From contig OZ241831.1 in NCBI GenBank assembly GCA_965202585.1, positions 50,034,001-50,098,000 of the forward strand: a stretch of 64,000 bases of DNA. The letters run 5' to 3'. Source of the DNA: Thalia democratica (lineage: Eukaryota). Of this stretch, positions 35,608 to 45,287 are shown piece after piece; the stretch's first letter is position 1, and the number at the start of each line of letters is the position of its first letter. The translations under genes and the position numbers were made by a program. The notes beneath the pieces were generated by a model. The model saw nothing but the letters and a program-made list of their open reading frames with translations. It did not search any database and was not told where the DNA came from.

Positions 35608-36729
35608 ATGCGCCAAGGTGGCCAAGTGCGCCAAGTCGCCAAGTCGCATTGTCTATTGATTTTATGTTGCTATAGAAATTCATTAGAACTCATAAGAAAT
35701 CAATGCGTTTCGACACTGTTTCGAGGTCGTATGTTCATCGTTTTCATAAACGCCTCTTGTTTTCTTATCGAAGTAGCTATGCCGAAGCTCGTATATATAC
35801 GCGTCAGTTCGGTTGGAAGTGTGAATTTGTGTGCAAAAATTCCAGAGAAAGAGAGCTCATATATTCGAAAAGAAGAGAATTATGCAAATTTTCGGACACA
35901 ATTTTTGAATGATTTTGAGTCTTCACCTGAAAGAGTTAGTGAAATCGACTGCGCAGAAACGAGTTTCACCGAAGGGAGTTTCTTCGACAAAGCGGCGTCC
36001 GGTTTGGTTGAAATAGAGCGGGAGTGGGGCAGGCGACGGGCGTTCAAGAGGTACCTCGAGTCGCTGCTGGTCCGGTGCGAGAAACTGAGCAACGTCAGAA
36101 AGCACCACGGAAAGTACATTGCCGAGCAGAAAGAGTTCAAGCATTTTTGCCGCGGCGTGGCGCTGAAGGAAGAGCACAACCGAATGCAGAAAGTCGCTTG
36201 GGAGTGGGTTTGCAGGAAGGAGGGGGAAGCCAAGCTGGAGAACGTGTTCATCGGGTACTTTTCGTTTTTTCGAAAAGTTTTCTTCGTGCAGAGCAGCTTG
36301 AGAGAAGAAGACAGGATCGCGCCCAATGGTTATTCTGTGAAGATCAACAACGAGTTAGACGCGGCTTCGGAAGCGTTTAAAAAGTTCAGTTCGGACAACG
36401 AGTTCTTTTTAAAAGACGCCGCCATCAAGCCGAACTTTTTAGTGGACGAACTGCTGGGTTATGAGATAAACGCCGGCAACGTACGCAAATTTTTCAACCA
36501 CCGTGTGGCGAACGTGAGCAACTATTCACCCGACTACGAGTTCGACGTTCGAAACATGGTCCGTTTCGTCAACGGGGAGAGCAGAATGAAGTCCATGGTG
36601 CCTGAGGTGCAGCGGGTGAGCAGGAAGGTCGCTGCAGGTAACCACTGCAAAATTTGCTTGAGTGAAGCAGAACGAGAGTTGAACTTGCTGAACAGCAAAT
36701 ACGACTTTGAAAACATTAAGTTGAATTAA
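35608..36729 (+). CDS. RING-less truncated paralog, intact ORF of 373 aa (unit 30)
   Basis: Open frame ending KLN*. Confidence 0.6.
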   Translation: MRQGGQVRQVAKSHCLLILCCYRNSLELIRNQCVSTLFRGRMFIVFINASCFLIEVAMPKLVYIRVSSVGSVNLCAKIPEKESSYIRKEENYANFRTQFLNDFESSPERVSEIDCAETSFTEGSFFDKAASGLVEIEREWGRRRAFKRYLESLLVRCEKLSNVRKHHGKYIAEQKEFKHFCRGVALKEEHNRMQKVAWEWVCRKEGEAKLENVFIGYFSFFRKVFFVQSSLREEDRIAPNGYSVKINNELDAASEAFKKFSSDNEFFLKDAAIKPNFLVDELLGYEINAGNVRKFFNHRVANVSNYSPDYEFDVRNMVRFVNGESRMKSMVPEVQRVSRKVAAGNHCKICLSEAERELNLLNSKYDFENIKLN

Positions 36730-36826
36730 AACAATAACTTTCAAAGTTTTTTTTATTTAATTAATAACTAAATTTCATCAATGATAAGCTAAGTAAGTAT
36801 TTAGATTTTTGCAATAAGAACTTATC

Positions 36827-37948
36827 ATGCGCCAAAGAGGCCAAGTGCGCCAAGTCGCCAAGTCGCATTGTCTATTGATTTTATGTTGCTATAGAAATTC
36901 ATTAGAACTCATAAGAAATCAATGCGTTTCGGCACTGTTTCGAGGTCGTATGTTCATCGTTTCCATAAACGCCTCTTGTTTTCTTATCGAAGTAGCTATG
37001 CCGAAGCTAGTATATATACGCGTCAGTTCGGTTGGAAGTGTGAATTTGTGTGCAAAAAGTCCAGAGAAAGAGAGCTCATATATTCGAAAAGAAGAGAATT
37101 ATGCAAATTTTCGGAGACAATTTTTTAATGATTTTGAGTCTACACCTGAAAGAGTTAGTGAAATCGACTGCGCAGAAACGAGTTTCACCGAAGGGAGTTT
37201 CTTCGACAAAGCGGCGTCCGGATTGGTTGAAATAGAGCGGGAGTGGAGCAGGCGACGGGCGTTCAAGAGGTACCTCGATTCGCTGCTGGTCCGGTGCGAG
37301 GAACTGAACAACGTCAGAAAGCACCACGAAAAGTACATCGCCGAGCAGAAGAATTTCAAGCAATTTTGCCGCGGCGTGGCGCTGAAGGAAGAGCACAATC
37401 GAATGCGGAAAGTCGCTTGGGAGTGGGTTTGCAGGAAGGAGGGGGAAGCAAAGTTGGAAAACGTGTTCATCAGGTACTTTTCGTTTTTTCGAAAAGTTTT
37501 CTTCGTTCAGAGCAGCTTGAGAGAAGAAGACAGGATCGCGCCAAATGGTTGTTCTGTGAAGATCAACAACGAGTTAGACGCGGCTTCGGAAGCGTTTAAA
37601 AAGTTCAGTTCGGACAACGAGTTCTTTTTAAACAACGCCGCCATCAAGCCGAACTTTTTAGTGGACGAACTGCTGGATTATGAGATAAACGCCGGCAACG
37701 TACGCAACTTTTTCAACCACCGTGTGGCGCACGTGAGCATCTATTCACCCGACTACGAGTTCGACGTTCGAAACATGGTCCGTTTCGTCAACGGGGAGAG
37801 CAGAATGAAGTCCATGGTGCCTGAGGTGCGGCGGGTGAGCAGGAAGCTCGCTGCAGGTAACAACTGCAAAATTTGCTTGAGTGAAGCAGAACGGGAGTTG
37901 AATTTACTGAACAGCAAATACGACTTTGAAAACATTAAGTTGAATTAA
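36827..37948 (+). CDS. RING-less truncated paralog, intact ORF of 373 aa (unit 31)
   Basis: Open frame with several private substitutions. Confidence 0.6.
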   Translation: MRQRGQVRQVAKSHCLLILCCYRNSLELIRNQCVSALFRGRMFIVSINASCFLIEVAMPKLVYIRVSSVGSVNLCAKSPEKESSYIRKEENYANFRRQFFNDFESTPERVSEIDCAETSFTEGSFFDKAASGLVEIEREWSRRRAFKRYLDSLLVRCEELNNVRKHHEKYIAEQKNFKQFCRGVALKEEHNRMRKVAWEWVCRKEGEAKLENVFIRYFSFFRKVFFVQSSLREEDRIAPNGCSVKINNELDAASEAFKKFSSDNEFFLNNAAIKPNFLVDELLDYEINAGNVRNFFNHRVAHVSIYSPDYEFDVRNMVRFVNGESRMKSMVPEVRRVSRKLAAGNNCKICLSEAERELNLLNSKYDFENIKLN

Positions 37949-38045
37949 AACAATAACTTTCAAAGTTTTTTTTATTTAATTAATAACTAAATTTCATCAA
38001 TGATAAGCTAAGTAAGTATTTAGATTTTTGCAATAAGAACTTATC

Positions 38046-39167
38046 ATGCGCCAAGGTGGCCAAGTGCGCCAAGTCGCCAAGTCGCATTGTCTATTGATTT
38101 TATGTTGCTATAGAAATTCATTAGAACTCATAAGAAATCAATGCGTTTCGACACTGTTTCGAGGTCGTATGTTCATCGTTTTCATAAACGCCTCTTGTTT
38201 TCTTATCGAAGCAGCTATGCCGAAGCTAGTATATATACGCGTCAGTTCGGTTGGAAGTGTGAATTTGTGTGCAAAAAGTCCAGAGAAAGAGAGCTCATAT
38301 ATTCGAAAAGAAGAGAATTATGCAAATTTTCGGACACAATTTTTTAATGATTTTGAGTCTACACCTGAAAGAGTTAGTGAAATCGACTGCGCAGAAACGA
38401 GTTTCACCGAAGGGAGTTTCTTCGACAAAGCGGCGTCCGGTTTGGTTGAAATAGAGCGGGAGTGGGGCAGGCAACGGGCGTTCAAGAGGTACCTCGAGTC
38501 GCTGCTGGTCCGGTGCGAGAGACTGAACAACGTCAGAAAGCACCACGGAAAGTACATTGCCGAGCAGAAAGAGTTCAAGCATTTTTGCCGCGGCGTGGCG
38601 CTGAAGGAATAGCACAACCGAATGCAGAAAGTCGCTTGGGAGTGGGTTTACAGGAAGGAGGGGGAAGCAAAGTTGGAAAACGTGTTCATCGGGTACTTTT
38701 CGTTTTTTCGAAAAATTTTTCTCGTGCAGAGCAGCTTGAGAGAAGAAGACAGGATCGCGCCAAATGGTTATTCTGTGCAGATCAACAACGAGTTGGACGC
38801 GGCTTCGGAAGCGTTCAAAAAGTTCAGTTCGGACAACGAGTTCTTTTTAAACGACGCCGCCATCAAGCCGAACTTTTTAGTGGACGAACTGCTGGGTTAT
38901 GAGATAAACGCCGGCAACGTACGCAACTTTTTCAACCACCGTGTGGCGCACGTGAGCATCTATTCACCCGACTACGAGTTCGACGTTCGAAACATGGTCC
39001 GTTTCGTCAACGGGGAGAACGGAATGAAGTCCATGGTGCCTGAGGTGCAGCGGGTGAGCAGGAAGCTCGCTGCAGGTAACAACTGCAAAATTTGCTTGAG
39101 TGAAGCAGAACGGGAGTTGAATTTGCTGAACAGCAAATACGACTTTGAAAACATTAAGTTGAATTAA
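38046..39167 (+). pseudogene. Disrupted RING-less copy (unit 32)
   Basis: GAG>TAG at 38610-38612. Confidence 0.8.
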
Positions 39168-39264
39168 AACAATAACTTTCAAAGTTTTTTTTATTTAATT
39201 AATAACTAAATTTCATCAATGATAAGCTAAGTAAGTATTTAGATTTTTGCAATAAGAACTTATC

Positions 39265-40386
39265 ATGCGCCAAGGTGGCCAAGTGCGCCAAGTCGCCAAG
39301 TCGCATTGTCTATTGATTTTATGTTGCTATAGAAATTCATTAGAACTCATAAGAAATCAATGCGTTTCGACACTGTTTCGAGGTCGTATGTTCATCGTTT
39401 TCATAAACGCCTCTTGTTTTCTTATCGAAGTAGCTATGCCGAAGCTGGTATATATACGCGTCAGTTCGGTTGGAAGTGTGAACTTGTGTGCAAAAAGTCC
39501 AGAGAAAGAGAGCTCATATATTCGAAAAGAAGAGAATTATGCAAATTTTCGGACACAATTTTTTAATGATTTTGAGTCTACACCTAAAAGAGTTAGTGAA
39601 ATCGACTGCGCAGAAACGAGTTTCACCAAAGGGAGTTTCTTCGACAAAGCGGCGTCCGGATTGGTTGAAATAGAGCGGGAGTGGGGCAGACGACGGGCGT
39701 TCAAGAGGCACCTCGAGTCGCTGCTGTTCCAGTGCGAGAAACTGAACAACGTCAGAAAGCACCACGAAAAGTACATTGCCGAGCAGAAGAATTTCAAGCA
39801 ATTTTGCCGCGGCGTGGCGCTGAAGGAAGAGCACAATCGAATGCAGAAAGTCGCTTGGGAGTGGGTTTGCAGGAAGGAGGGGGAAGCAAAGTTGGAAAAC
39901 GTGTTCATCGGGTAGTTTTCGTTTTTTCGAAAAATTTTCCTCGTTCGAAGCAGTTTGAGAGAAGAAGACAGGATCGCTCCCAATAGTTATTCTGTGCAGA
40001 TCAACAACAAGTTAGACGCGGCTTCGGAAGCGTTCAAAAAGTTCAGTTCGGACAACGAGTTTTTTTTAAACAACGCCGCCATCAAGCCGAACTTTTTAGT
40101 GGACGAACTGCTGGGTTATGAGATAAACGCCGGCAACGTACGCAACTTTTTCAACCACCGTGTGGCGCACGAGAGCAACTATTCACCCGACTACGAGTTC
40201 GACGTTCGAAACATGGTCCGTTTCGTCAACGGGGAGAGCAGAATGAAGTCCATGGTGCCTGAGGTGCAGCGGGTGAGCAGGAAGCTCGCTGCAGGTAACC
40301 ACTGCAAAATTTGCTTGAGTGAAGCAGAACGGGAGTTGAATTTGCTGAACAGCAAATACGACTTTGAAAACATTAAGTTGAATTAA
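39265..40386 (+). pseudogene. Disrupted RING-less copy (unit 33)
   Basis: TAC>TAG at 39913-39915. Confidence 0.8.
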
Positions 40387-40483
40387 AACAATAACTTTCA
40401 AAGTTTTTTTTATTTAATTAATAACTAAATTTCATCAATGATAAGCTAAGTAAGTATTTAGATTTTTGCAATAAGAACTTATC

Positions 40484-41587
40484 ATGCGCCAAGTCGCCAA
40501 GTCGCATTGTCTATTGATTTTATGTTGCTATAGAAATTCATTAGATCTCATAAGAAATCAATGCGTTTCGACACTGTTTCGAGGTCGTATGTTCATCGTT
40601 TTCATAAACGCCTCTTGTTTTCTTATCGAAGTAGCTATGCCGAAGCTAGTATATATACGCGTCAGTTCGGTTGGAAGTGTGAATTTGTGTGCAAAAAGTC
40701 CAGAGAAAGAGAGCTCATATATTCGAAAAGAAGAGAATTATGCAAATTTTCGGACACAATTTTTTAATGATTTTGAGCCTACACCTGAAAGAGTTAGTGA
40801 AATCGACTGCGCAGAAACGAGTTTCACCGAAGGGAGTTTCTTCGACAAAGCGGCGTCCGGATTGGTTGAAATAGAGCGGGAGAGGGGCAGGCAACGGGCG
40901 TTCAAGAGGTACCTCGAGTCGCTGCTGATCCGGTGCGAGAAACTGAACAACGTCAGAAAGCACCACGAAAAGTACATCGCCGAGCAGAAGAATTTCAAGC
41001 AATTTTGCCGCGGCGTGGCGCTGAAGGAAGAGCACAATCGAATGCAGAAAGTCGCTTGGGAGTGGGCTTACAGGAAGGAGGGGGAAGCCAAGCTGGAGAA
41101 CGTGTTCATCGGGTACTTTTCGTTTTTTCGAAAAATTTTCTTCGTGCAGAGCAGCTTGAGAGAAGAAGACAGGATCGCGCCCAATGGTTATTCTGTGCAG
41201 ATCAACAACGAATTAAACGCGGCTACGGAAGCGTTTAAAAAGTTCAGTTCGGACAACGAGTTCTTTTTGAACAACGCCGCCATCAAGCCGAACTTTTTAG
41301 TGGACGAGCTGCTAGGTTATGAGATAAACGCCGGCAACGTACGCAACTTTTTCAACCACCGTGTGGCGAACGTGAGCAACTATTCACCCGACTACGAGTT
41401 CGACGTTCGAAACATGGTCCGTTTCGTCAACGGGGAGAGCGGAATGAAGTCCATGGTGCCTGAGGTGCAGCGGGTGAGCAGGAAGCTTACTGCAGGTAAC
41501 CACTGCAAAATTTGCTTGAGTGAAGCAGAACGAGAGTTGAACTTACTGAACGGCAAATACGACTTTGAAAACATTAAGTTGAATTAA
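40484..41587 (+). CDS. RING-less truncated paralog, intact ORF of 367 aa (unit 34)
   Basis: Open frame; 5' micro-repeat 18 bp shorter (MRQVAKS). Confidence 0.6.
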   Translation: MRQVAKSHCLLILCCYRNSLDLIRNQCVSTLFRGRMFIVFINASCFLIEVAMPKLVYIRVSSVGSVNLCAKSPEKESSYIRKEENYANFRTQFFNDFEPTPERVSEIDCAETSFTEGSFFDKAASGLVEIERERGRQRAFKRYLESLLIRCEKLNNVRKHHEKYIAEQKNFKQFCRGVALKEEHNRMQKVAWEWAYRKEGEAKLENVFIGYFSFFRKIFFVQSSLREEDRIAPNGYSVQINNELNAATEAFKKFSSDNEFFLNNAAIKPNFLVDELLGYEINAGNVRNFFNHRVANVSNYSPDYEFDVRNMVRFVNGESGMKSMVPEVQRVSRKLTAGNHCKICLSEAERELNLLNGKYDFENIKLN

Positions 41588-41684
41588 AACAATAACTTTC
41601 AAAGTTTTTTTTATTTAATTAATAACTAAATTTCATCAATGATAAGCTAAGTAAGTATTTAGATTTTTGCAATAAGAACTTATC

Positions 41685-42788
41685 ATGCGCCAAGTCGCCA
41701 AGTCGCATTGTCTATTGATTTTATGTTGCTATAGAAATTCATTAGATCTCATAAGAAATCAATGCGTTTCGACACTGTTTCGAGGTCGTATGTTCATCGT
41801 TTTCATAAACGCCTCTTGTTTTCTTATCGAAGTAGCTATGCCGAAGCTAGTATATATACGCGTCAGTTCGGTTGGAAGTGTGAATTTGTGTGCAAAAAGT
41901 CCAGAGAAAGAGAGCTCATATATTCGAAAAGAAGAGAATTATGCAAATTTTCGGACACAATTTTTTAATGATTTTGAGTCTACACCTAAAAGAGTTAGTG
42001 AAATCGACTGCGCAGAAACGAGTTTCACCAAAGGGAGTTTCTTCGACAAAGCGGCGTCCGGATTGGTTGAAATAGAGCGGGAGTGGGGCAGACGACGGGC
42101 GTTCAAGAGGCACCTCGAGTCGCTGCTGTTCCAGTGCGAGAAACTGAACAACGTCAGAAAGCACCACGAAAAGTACATTGCCGAGCAGAAGAATTTCAAG
42201 CAATTTTGCCGCGGCGTGGCGCTGAAGGAAGAGCACAATCGAATGCAGAAAGTCGCTTGGGAGTGGGTTTGCAGGAAGGAGGGGGAAGCAAAGTTGGAAA
42301 ACGTGTTCATCGGGTAGTTTTCGTTTTTTCGAAAAATTTTCCTCGTTCGAAGCAGTTTGAGAGAAGAAGACAGGATCGCTCCCAATAGTTATTCTGTGCA
42401 GATCAACAACGAGTTAGACGCGGCTTCGGAAGCGTTCAAAAAGTTCAGTTCGGACAACGAGTTTTTTTTAAACAACGCCGCCATCAAGCCGAACTTTTTA
42501 GTGGACGAACTGCTGGGTTATGAGATAAACGCCGGCAACGTACGCAACTTTTTCAACCACCGTGTGGCGCACGAGAGCAACTATTCACCCGACTACGAGT
42601 TCGACGTTCGAAACATGGTCCGTTTCGTCAACGGGGAGAGCAGAATGAAGTCCATGGTGCCTGAGGTGCAGCGGGTGAGCAGGAAGCTCGCTGCAGGTAA
42701 CCACTGCAAAATTTGCTTGAGTGAAGCAGAACGGGAGTTGAATTTGCTGAACAGCAAATACGACTTTGAAAACATTAAGTTGAATTAA
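41685..42788 (+). pseudogene. Disrupted RING-less copy (unit 35, recombinant of unit 34 5' end and unit 33 body)
   Basis: TAC>TAG at 42315-42317 as in unit 33, but with the short 5' end. Confidence 0.8.
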
Positions 42789-42885
42789 AACAATAACTTT
42801 CAAAGTTTTTTTTATTTAATTAATAACTAAATTTCATCAATGATAAGCTAAGTAAGTATTTAGATTTTTGCAATAAGAACTTATC

Positions 42886-43989
42886 ATGCGCCAAGTCGCC
42901 AAGTCGCATTGTCTATTGATTTTATGTTGCTATAGAAATTCATTAGATCTCATAAGAAATCAATGCGTTTCGACACTGTTTCGAGGTCGTATGTTCATCG
43001 TTTTCATAAACGCCTCTTGTTTTCTTATCGAAGTAGCTATGCCGAAGCTAGTATATATACGCGTCAGTTCGGTTGGAAGTGTGAATTTGTGTGCAAAAAG
43101 TCCAGAGAAAGAGAGCTCATATATTCGAAAAGAAGAGAATTATGCAAATTTTCGGACACAATTTTTTAATGATTTTGAGCCTACACCTGAAAGAGTTAGT
43201 GAAATCGACTGCGCAGAAACGAGTTTCACCGAAGGGAGTTTCTTCGACAAAGCGGCGTCCGGATTGGTTGAAATAGAGCGGGAGAGGGGCAGGCAACGGG
43301 CGTTCAAGAGGTACCTCGAGTCGCTGCTGATCCGGTGCGAGAAACTGAACAACGTCAGAAAGCACCACGAAAAGTACATCGCCGAGCAGAAGAATTTCAA
43401 GCAATTTTGCCGCGGCGTGGCGCTGAAGGAAGAGCACAATCGAATGCAGAAAGTCGCTTGGGAGTGGGCTTACAGGAAGGAGGGGGAAGCCAAGCTGGAG
43501 AACGTGTTCATCGGGTACTTTTCGTTTTTTCGAAAAATTTTCTTCGTGCAGAGCAGCTTGAGAGAAGAAGACAGGATCGCGCCCAATGGTTATTCTGTGC
43601 AGATCAACAACGAATTAAACGCGGCTACGGAAGCGTTTAAAAAGTTCAGTTCGGACAACGAGTTCTTTTTGAACAACGCCGCCATCAAGCCGAACTTTTT
43701 AGTGGACGAGCTGCTAGGTTATGAGATAAACGCCGGCAACGTACGCAACTTTTTCAACCACCGTGTGGCGAACGTGAGCAACTATTCACCCGACTACGAG
43801 TTCGACGTTCGAAACATGGTCCGTTTCGTCAACGGGGAGAGCGGAATGAAGTCCATGGTGCCTGAGGTGCAGCGGGTGAGCAGGAAGCTTACTGCAGGTA
43901 ACCACTGCAAAATTTGCTTGAGTGAAGCAGAACGAGAGTTGAACTTACTGAACGGCAAATACGACTTTGAAAACATTAAGTTGAATTAA
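42886..43989 (+). CDS. RING-less truncated paralog, intact ORF of 367 aa (unit 36, same protein as unit 34)
   Basis: Translation identical to 40484-41587. Confidence 0.6.
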   Translation: MRQVAKSHCLLILCCYRNSLDLIRNQCVSTLFRGRMFIVFINASCFLIEVAMPKLVYIRVSSVGSVNLCAKSPEKESSYIRKEENYANFRTQFFNDFEPTPERVSEIDCAETSFTEGSFFDKAASGLVEIERERGRQRAFKRYLESLLIRCEKLNNVRKHHEKYIAEQKNFKQFCRGVALKEEHNRMQKVAWEWAYRKEGEAKLENVFIGYFSFFRKIFFVQSSLREEDRIAPNGYSVQINNELNAATEAFKKFSSDNEFFLNNAAIKPNFLVDELLGYEINAGNVRNFFNHRVANVSNYSPDYEFDVRNMVRFVNGESGMKSMVPEVQRVSRKLTAGNHCKICLSEAERELNLLNGKYDFENIKLN

Positions 43990-44086
43990 AACAATAACTT
44001 TCAAAGTTTTTTTTATTTAATTAATAACTAAATTTCATCAATGATAAGCTAAGTAAGTATTTAGATTTTTGCAATAAGAACTTATC

Positions 44087-45190
44087 ATGCGCCAAGTCGC
44101 CAAGTCGCATTGTCTATTGATTTTATGTTGCTATAGAAATTCATTAGATCTCATAAGAAATCAATGCGTTTCGACACTGTTTCGAGGTCGTATGTTCATC
44201 GTTTTCATAAACGCCTCTTGTTTTCTTATCGAAGTAGCTATGCCGAAGCTAGTATATATACGCGTCAGTTCGGTTGGAAGTGTGAATTTGTGTGCAAAAA
44301 GTCCAGAGAAAGAGAGCTCATATATTCGAAAAGAAGAGAATTATGCAAATTTTCGGACATAATTTTTTAATGATTTTGAGCCTACACCTGAAAGAGTTAG
44401 TGAAATCGACTGCGCAGAAACGAGTTTCACCGAAGGGAGTTTCTTCGACAAAGCGGCGTCCGGATTGGTTGAAATAGAGCGGGAGTGGGGCAGGCGACGG
44501 GCGTTTAAGAGGCACCTCGAGTCGCTGCTGATCCGGTGCGAGAAACTGAACAACGTCAGAAAGCACCACGAAAAGTACATCGCCGAGCAGAAGAATTTCA
44601 AGCAATTTTGCCGCGGCGTGGCGCTGAAGGAAGAGCACAATCGAATGCAGAAAGTCGCTTGGGAGTGGGCTTACAGGAAGGAGGGGGAAGCCAAGCTGGA
44701 GAACGTGTTCATCGGGTACTTTTCGTTTTTTCGAAAAATTTTCTTCGTGCAGAGCAGCTTGAGAGAAGAAGACAGGATCGCGCCCAATGGTTATTCTGTG
44801 CAGATCAACAACGAATTAAACGCGGCTACGGAAGCGTTTAAAAAGTTCAGTTCGGACAACGAGTTCTTTTTAAACAACGCCGCCATCAAGCCGAACTTTT
44901 TAGTGGACGAACTGCTAGGTTATGAGATAAACGCCGGCAACGTCCGCAACTTTTTCAACCACCGTGTGGCGCACGTGAGCAACTATTCACCCGACTACGA
45001 GTTCGACGTTCGAAACATGGTCCGTTTCGTCAACGGGGAGAGCGGAATGAAGTCCATGGTGCCTGAGGTGCAGCGGGTGAGCAGGAAGCTTACTGCAGGT
45101 AACCACTGCAAAATTTGCTTGAGTGAAGCAGAACGAGAGTTGAACTTACTGAACGGCAAATACGACTTTGAAAACATTAAGTTGAATTAA
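44087..45190 (+). pseudogene. Disrupted RING-less copy (unit 37)
   Basis: CAA>TAA at 44360-44362. Confidence 0.8.
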
Positions 45191-45287
45191 AACAATAACT
45201 TTCAAAGTTTTTTTTATTTAATTAATAACTAAATTTCATCAATGATAAGCTAAGTAAGTATTTAGATTTTTGCAATAAGAACTTATC